Positions 59,107 to 64,000 of a DNA stretch of 64,000 bases are shown piece by piece. The stretch's first letter is position 1. Every line of letters starts with the position of its first letter. The notes under the pieces are model-generated. The model saw only the letters and a list, made by a program, of their open reading frames with translations, was not told the DNA's origin and made no database searches. A program made the translations under genes and the position numbers. The DNA is from Acidobacteriota bacterium. Its GTDB lineage: Bacteria; Acidobacteriota; UBA890; WLXD01. The DNA lies in the NCBI GenBank assembly GCA_965205505.1, contig CBDBHB010000007.1, positions 288,001-352,000 on the forward strand, in the 5' to 3' direction.

Positions 59107-59949
59107 TCAGCCCAGCCGTCGCATGGTCCAGCTCACTAGCCGCGGCAACATCCACAGAAAAGCCAGCGGCATTGCGATGGTCTGCAAGGTGAATACCACG
59201 ACCAGGTGCAACAGCTGCTCGGTTACCGTCGCCAGCCGCTGGCGGAACGCTTCGATTCGTTCGCGGACATCGAGGCGCTCGACGGTATCGGCGAACCACG
59301 CCGAGACGCGCTGCATCCAGGTTGCATCGGCGTCGAGCTCACTTTCGACGCCGAGTCGCTCCAGCTCGCGGATGTCGCCGCTGGTCTGCTCGATGGCTCC
59401 GACCGCCTCGGCTTGGGTGGAAGCCAGGAAGTGCTCGAAGAAAAGGCCGGAGCCGAGCGCATAGAGCGGCAATGCAAACCGCACAACCAGGGCCACGACG
59501 AAGGCGCCGGCAATAAGCTGGCGGACCGGCTCGTCGACCGCCTCGGGGTACCAGAGCACGGCGATCCGGGCGATGGTAAGCAACCCTAACAACACGCCGA
59601 GCACCCACCACTGGCTGACGCGCAGGAGTACGCTCTGCAGCCCCAGCGAGGTCGTGGCGATGAGCATGAGCGATGAGAACTGCTCCACCAGATCGTTTAC
59701 CGGGTCGAGCAACTCGCCGGCGCTGACCGTCACCCCTATCCCCGCCGGCTGCAACGCGATCTCGGTGCCCTGCGCCAGGGAGATCGCACCGTCGAGCGTA
59801 CGCGCGGCTGCGAAGGTGATCAGCGCGCGTCGAAACACCGCGCCCGATATCTCCTGTGCACGTCGATCGATCGCCCCCGTAGCAGTCAACGCCAGCAAAG
59901 CGATGAGCGCGATGGTGCCGCCGAGACGGAGTCTCTGAGGCGCAATCAT
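59107..59949 (-). CDS. Hypothetical membrane protein
   Basis: RALITFAAARTLDGAISLAQGT..GELLDPVNDLVEQFSSLM; several TM segments; GGAG RBS before ATG 59949. Confidence 0.7.
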   Translation of the reverse strand: MIAPQRLRLGGTIALIALLALTATGAIDRRAQEISGAVFRRALITFAAARTLDGAISLAQGTEIALQPAGIGVTVSAGELLDPVNDLVEQFSSLMLIATTSLGLQSVLLRVSQWWVLGVLLGLLTIARIAVLWYPEAVDEPVRQLIAGAFVVALVVRFALPLYALGSGLFFEHFLASTQAEAVGAIEQTSGDIRELERLGVESELDADATWMQRVSAWFADTVERLDVRERIEAFRQRLATVTEQLLHLVVVFTLQTIAMPLAFLWMLPRLVSWTMRRLG

Positions 59950-59974
59950 CGGGGCTCTCCTGCCACCGTAACGC

Positions 59975-61375
59975 TCACCGGCCGCGCGTGTACCAGACGC
60001 CGCCGCTACCGTCGTAGCTCTCGCCGGCGCCCCAGACAATGTGGTTGCGCCCGTCGCCGTCGACGGCAAGCTGGAAGTAATCACCGTAGGGGAAGGCGTA
60101 CCCATCGAGGTCGGAGTAGCTGGTCTCCGGCCCCCCGCCAGAGAGGCGTACGCGGCCCTTCCAGGTGGCACCGGCGTCGGCGGTACGCGCCAGCCAGGTG
60201 TTCCACCGCGCCTGTGGAGCATGGCGGTCGTCCATCCAGGCGATGCGGAAGTCTCCGGCTTCCGGACCTGCAACGACGACCGGGAACGCAAAGTCGACAA
60301 GCGGTGAAGGGCGCGGAAACGGTCGGCGCGGGCCCCACCGGCTGGCGTCAGTCGAGGTTCTATACCAGAGGCGCTGCGAACGACCGCCACGGACACCGGC
60401 GTTATACACGAGCATGAAAGTGCCGCCGGCATCGACGGCAAGGTCGGCACGCGGCCCCAGGAACCCGAAGTAACAGCCCTCCGCCCAATCACACGCGGGG
60501 GCCTCGGCTGAGCTGTCGACTCGCGCACTGACCCACGACCCGCCACCATCGGTAGAACGCACCACGTTGAGATGCGCTTCGCCCTCGTAGCTCTGGGAGT
60601 AGTCGACGGCGGCAATGACCACCTCGCCGTTGGCGGCTACCACGCCGCCCGTCTGAAACCAGTACCGATCGTCATCGTTGGTGCGTACGGGCGGGGCGAA
60701 TGTCAATCCGCCGTCGTGGGAGGCGGTAATCCAACTGTCGCCGTTGCTAAACGCGACGTATACGTCCTGCCCGTCGTCGGAGATCAGCAGCAGCGGGTGA
60801 TCCGACCACCGCGGCTGTCGCTCGCCCGTGAAGTGCGCTGGCTCACTCCAGGTGATGCCGTTGTCGGTCGAGCGTGAGAACCGTACCCCCGGTCTCCATT
60901 CTTGAAGCCAGGCAGCGAACACGGTCCCGTCTGCGGCAACCGCAAGCTGTGGGTCGTTCTGCCAACCGCCGCCGGTAAACGGGTAGCGATCATCCTCCCA
61001 GCTAACACCGCCGTCGGGCGATCGCCGGAAGACCATGATCGGGTCGGGGCATCCCTCGCAGGGTGGCGCGTAGTAGCGACTTGCCATCTGGTAGACCCAG
61101 TCGGAGTTAGGGTCTGTCGCCACCGCCGGCTCCCAGTCGACATGGGGACTCCAGAGTCGCTCGCGATCCCAGCCGGCATTGCGCCCCAGCGTCGGAAGGC
61201 GCTCGATCGCCGCGTCCGATTGGTAGTCGGGCGCGCCGCGCACGCGTTGAGCATCGGGCGCACCGCGATCGCGCTGCTTCGCAGCCGCAACGCCACGGCG
61301 AGGAGGCTCAGCGGGGTCTGGAGCGCATCCTGCCGTGAGCAGCGTCAAGCTGAGAATGATCCGCAATCGGCTCAT
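59975..61375 (-). CDS. Sialidase-like BNR/Asp-box beta-propeller lipoprotein
   Basis: Lipobox TAGC; Asp boxes SPDGGVSW, STDNGITW, SHDGGLTF, STDGGGSW, TADAGATW; GDY. Confidence 0.8.
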   Translation of the reverse strand: MSRLRIILSLTLLTAGCAPDPAEPPRRGVAAAKQRDRGAPDAQRVRGAPDYQSDAAIERLPTLGRNAGWDRERLWSPHVDWEPAVATDPNSDWVYQMASRYYAPPCEGCPDPIMVFRRSPDGGVSWEDDRYPFTGGGWQNDPQLAVAADGTVFAAWLQEWRPGVRFSRSTDNGITWSEPAHFTGERQPRWSDHPLLLISDDGQDVYVAFSNGDSWITASHDGGLTFAPPVRTNDDDRYWFQTGGVVAANGEVVIAAVDYSQSYEGEAHLNVVRSTDGGGSWVSARVDSSAEAPACDWAEGCYFGFLGPRADLAVDAGGTFMLVYNAGVRGGRSQRLWYRTSTDASRWGPRRPFPRPSPLVDFAFPVVVAGPEAGDFRIAWMDDRHAPQARWNTWLARTADAGATWKGRVRLSGGGPETSYSDLDGYAFPYGDYFQLAVDGDGRNHIVWGAGESYDGSGGVWYTRGR

Positions 61376-61470
61376 TAGCTCATGGTAACGGAACCACTTG
61401 CTCGCCTGTCGGGCGGCCAGCACCCCGAGCGGTCGCGACGAGCGGCCGGGTCTTCGATCTAGCCGCCCGT

Positions 61471-63912
61471 TTATTGACCCGATCGAAGCCCGATGGCCGG
61501 GTCCACCGCCGCAGCCCGACGAGCCGGCAAGTATGTCGCCGCCAGCGCCACACACAGCAGCAACAACGCCATGGCAACGAAGGTCACAGGATCGCCGGCG
61601 TTGATCTCGTACAACAGGCTGTCGAGCGCCCGGGTGACGGCGAAGGCGGCCAGCAGCCCCATCAACACCCCCGCCAGCGTCACCACGGCGCCCTCGCGCA
61701 AAACCATCTGCCGTACGTCGGCAGCGCGCGCCCCCAACGCCATGCGCAGACCGATCTCCCGCGAGCGCTGGCTGACGGTATACGAGATCACTCCGTAAAG
61801 ACCGATGGTGCCGAGAAACAGTGCCACGCCCGCCGCAATGATGAGCAGCGTCATGGTGAAGCTGGTACGCACCGACGCGCTGGCGACGAGGCTCTCGAGA
61901 GTACGGATGTTGGCAATCGGCAGGTTGGCATCGGCCGCCGCGACCGCCTCCCGTATCGAGCCCGCGATGGCCAGCGGATCGCCGTTCGTACGCACCACCA
62001 GGCTAAAGGTGTACGAGAACGTGTCGTCGTCGATCGCTCCTTCGAGCATCGGATAGTAGAAGATCGGTGTGGGGTCGTCGGCGATGTCGCGGTCGCTGCC
62101 CACCACGCCTGCCACGGCGTTGAACGCCGGCCCACGCGACAGGTCCTGTCCGGCTCGCTTCTGCAGCGCCGATTCCTGCGGCCACATCTGATCGGCCAGT
62201 GCGGCGTTGACCATCACCGAGCTAGCCGCGGCGTCGTAGTTGTAACGATCAACGACCGTGCCATCGAGCAGCGGAATCCCCATCACGTCGAAGTATCCGG
62301 CCGTGGTGTGCTTGAACGTAACGACCGGCAACAACACGTTGGGATCCAGCTCGCTGCCCTCGACGTAGAGCGGATCGAAGCGCACCCCTGGAGTCAACGG
62401 CAGCGCGCTGACCGCACCGGCCCGCTGCACGCCCGGGATCGCTTCCACCCGCTCGATGATGGTGTTGAGCAAGCGCACCACATCATCTGAAGCAACGTAG
62501 TCGTTGGGCGGCGCGACGATCTGAGCGGTAAGGACACCACCGGGGCGGAAGCCGAGGTCGACATCGCGAAGACGCCAGAAGCTCTGCACCATCAGAGCCG
62601 ATCCCACCAACAATGTAAGGGCCAGCGCGACCTGCGCGGCGACCAGCAGATTGCGGCCACGATGTTGCTGGCGCGAGGCTGTGGACGACCGAGCGTCGTC
62701 CTTGAGTGTCGATGCCAGATCGGAGCGCCCGTAGCGGACGATCGGCAGGCATCCCAAAGCGACACCAGCGAGTCCCGCGAGCAAGGCGGTGAAGGCGATC
62801 ACCTCGCCGCTGACACGCACCTCGTGCAGCCGCGGGATGCCAGCCTCCGACGCCACCACTGCACCGACTCCCGCATAGGCGATCGCCAGGCCGAGAAGGC
62901 ATCCGGCACCGGCGAGCAGCAGCGCCTCAGACAGAAAGTAGCGGGCCATCTGCACCCGCGACGCCCCCAGCGCCAGGCGCACCGCCACCTCACGATGACG
63001 GCTCTCCGATCGCACCAGGAACAAGTTGGCTACGTTGGCGCAGGCGATCGTCAACAGCAACGCGACGCTGCCGAGCAACACCCAAAGCGCCCGCCCGATG
63101 CCGCCCAGGAAGTGGTCCTTGAGTGGTTCGACGAGAAGCGTGAGGCCCGAGCTCTCGATCATTTCTGGCGGCACACCGTAGACCTCCGACAACGCCGGAA
63201 TGAGGCCGTCGAGCTCGGCCTTCACCTGCGCCGGGGTTACGCCGGGCCGCATGCGCCCGACGCCGGGTCGGAAGAGCCCGCCGAAGCGGATATCGTCGGG
63301 GCTCGGGTTGGTGGTGGTGTACAGATCGACACCGGGGCTCGGAAAATTGACTCCACGTGGCAGCACGCCGATTACCTCGCGGGGGCGGCTGTTGATCCGC
63401 AGGGTGCGCCCGACAATCTCCGCATCACCGCCGTAGCGGCGCTGCCAAAATCCGTGACTGAGAATCACCGTGTTGGGCTCCGGCGTGGCATTGTCGGCCT
63501 CGCTGAAGTCGCGCCCCAGCAGCGGCCGTATCCCGAGTGTGTTGAGCAGCGGTGGGATGGTCGTTACCACGTTGATGCGCTCCGGCTCCCCCTCACCCGA
63601 CAGGTTGGCCGACGTCTCGACGATGAACGCGGCGTTCTCCAGGGTTTGCGTGTGCTCCATGTAGTGAAGGTAAGTACCGTACGAGAGCCCGATCACCGGC
63701 AAGTCGAGTCCGGGCGCTGAATGTTCGAGAGCGACGAGACGATCCGGAGCCTCATAAGGCAGCGGCTGGATGAGCACGCCGTGCACGAGGCTGAAGATGG
63801 CGGAGTTGGCGCCGATCCCGAGCCCGAGCGTAACTACGGCAGCGAGGCTGAATCCGGGGGCCTTCACCAATCTACGGGTTGCCTGTAGCAGTGCAGCAAG
63901 GGTGCTTTCCAT
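61471..63912 (-). CDS. Duplicated orphan ABC permease (ADOP)
   Basis: LGLGIGANSAIFS, IACANVANLFL, EVAVRLALGA, GLYGVISYTVSQRSREIGLRMALGA, PARRAAAVDP. Confidence 0.9.
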   Translation of the reverse strand: MESTLAALLQATRRLVKAPGFSLAAVVTLGLGIGANSAIFSLVHGVLIQPLPYEAPDRLVALEHSAPGLDLPVIGLSYGTYLHYMEHTQTLENAAFIVETSANLSGEGEPERINVVTTIPPLLNTLGIRPLLGRDFSEADNATPEPNTVILSHGFWQRRYGGDAEIVGRTLRINSRPREVIGVLPRGVNFPSPGVDLYTTTNPSPDDIRFGGLFRPGVGRMRPGVTPAQVKAELDGLIPALSEVYGVPPEMIESSGLTLLVEPLKDHFLGGIGRALWVLLGSVALLLTIACANVANLFLVRSESRHREVAVRLALGASRVQMARYFLSEALLLAGAGCLLGLAIAYAGVGAVVASEAGIPRLHEVRVSGEVIAFTALLAGLAGVALGCLPIVRYGRSDLASTLKDDARSSTASRQQHRGRNLLVAAQVALALTLLVGSALMVQSFWRLRDVDLGFRPGGVLTAQIVAPPNDYVASDDVVRLLNTIIERVEAIPGVQRAGAVSALPLTPGVRFDPLYVEGSELDPNVLLPVVTFKHTTAGYFDVMGIPLLDGTVVDRYNYDAAASSVMVNAALADQMWPQESALQKRAGQDLSRGPAFNAVAGVVGSDRDIADDPTPIFYYPMLEGAIDDDTFSYTFSLVVRTNGDPLAIAGSIREAVAAADANLPIANIRTLESLVASASVRTSFTMTLLIIAAGVALFLGTIGLYGVISYTVSQRSREIGLRMALGARAADVRQMVLREGAVVTLAGVLMGLLAAFAVTRALDSLLYEINAGDPVTFVAMALLLLCVALAATYLPARRAAAVDPAIGLRSGQ

Positions 63913-64000
63913 AGCTGAGCTCGCGTCGAGGTTGGAGGGATATTGCCGGGAGATGGCGGCACGATGGCGAAGGCTGGGACCGATGGAGCGCGCCAGCTCG

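Noticed and set aside
59107-61555. ORF-track extended starts (60615 and 61555)
   Set aside because: The extensions overlap neighbouring genes. Starts at 59949 and 61375 give a proper RBS or signal peptide.

Overview
GC-rich bacterial chromosomal window, probably Acidobacteriota. The taxonomic call is inferred from three duplicated 'orphan' ABC permeases (two directly behind PadR genes) and a remnant of a kinase/TolB-repeat gene. It holds about 45 CDS (many secreted or Tat-exported hydrolases and oxidoreductases), tRNA-Gln(CTG) and tRNA-Glu(CTC). I see no rRNA, CRISPR array or intact transposase. Main highlights: (1) a 2894-aa polypeptide fusing FixC, FixX, two acyl-CoA dehydrogenase modules (one apparently non-catalytic), EtfB and EtfA, i.e. 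an acyl-CoA-to-quinone electron chain in one gene; (2) two selenoprotein candidates that the ORF track splits or misses, an OsmC-like protein and a UxxC glutaredoxin, each with an in-frame TGA at a catalytic Cys position and a SECIS-like hairpin; (3) a ceramide-type synthesis trio (Spt, GNAT, reductase) co-oriented with TolC- and MlaC-like genes and divergent from an MMPL/RND pump; (4) two 279-bp CTAG-bounded structured repeat elements with different sequences but the same length and covarying architecture, plus truncated copies at TAG stops. Several genes carry frameshifts, nonsense codons or truncations. All calls come from motif reading by eye; no database searches or folding were run.
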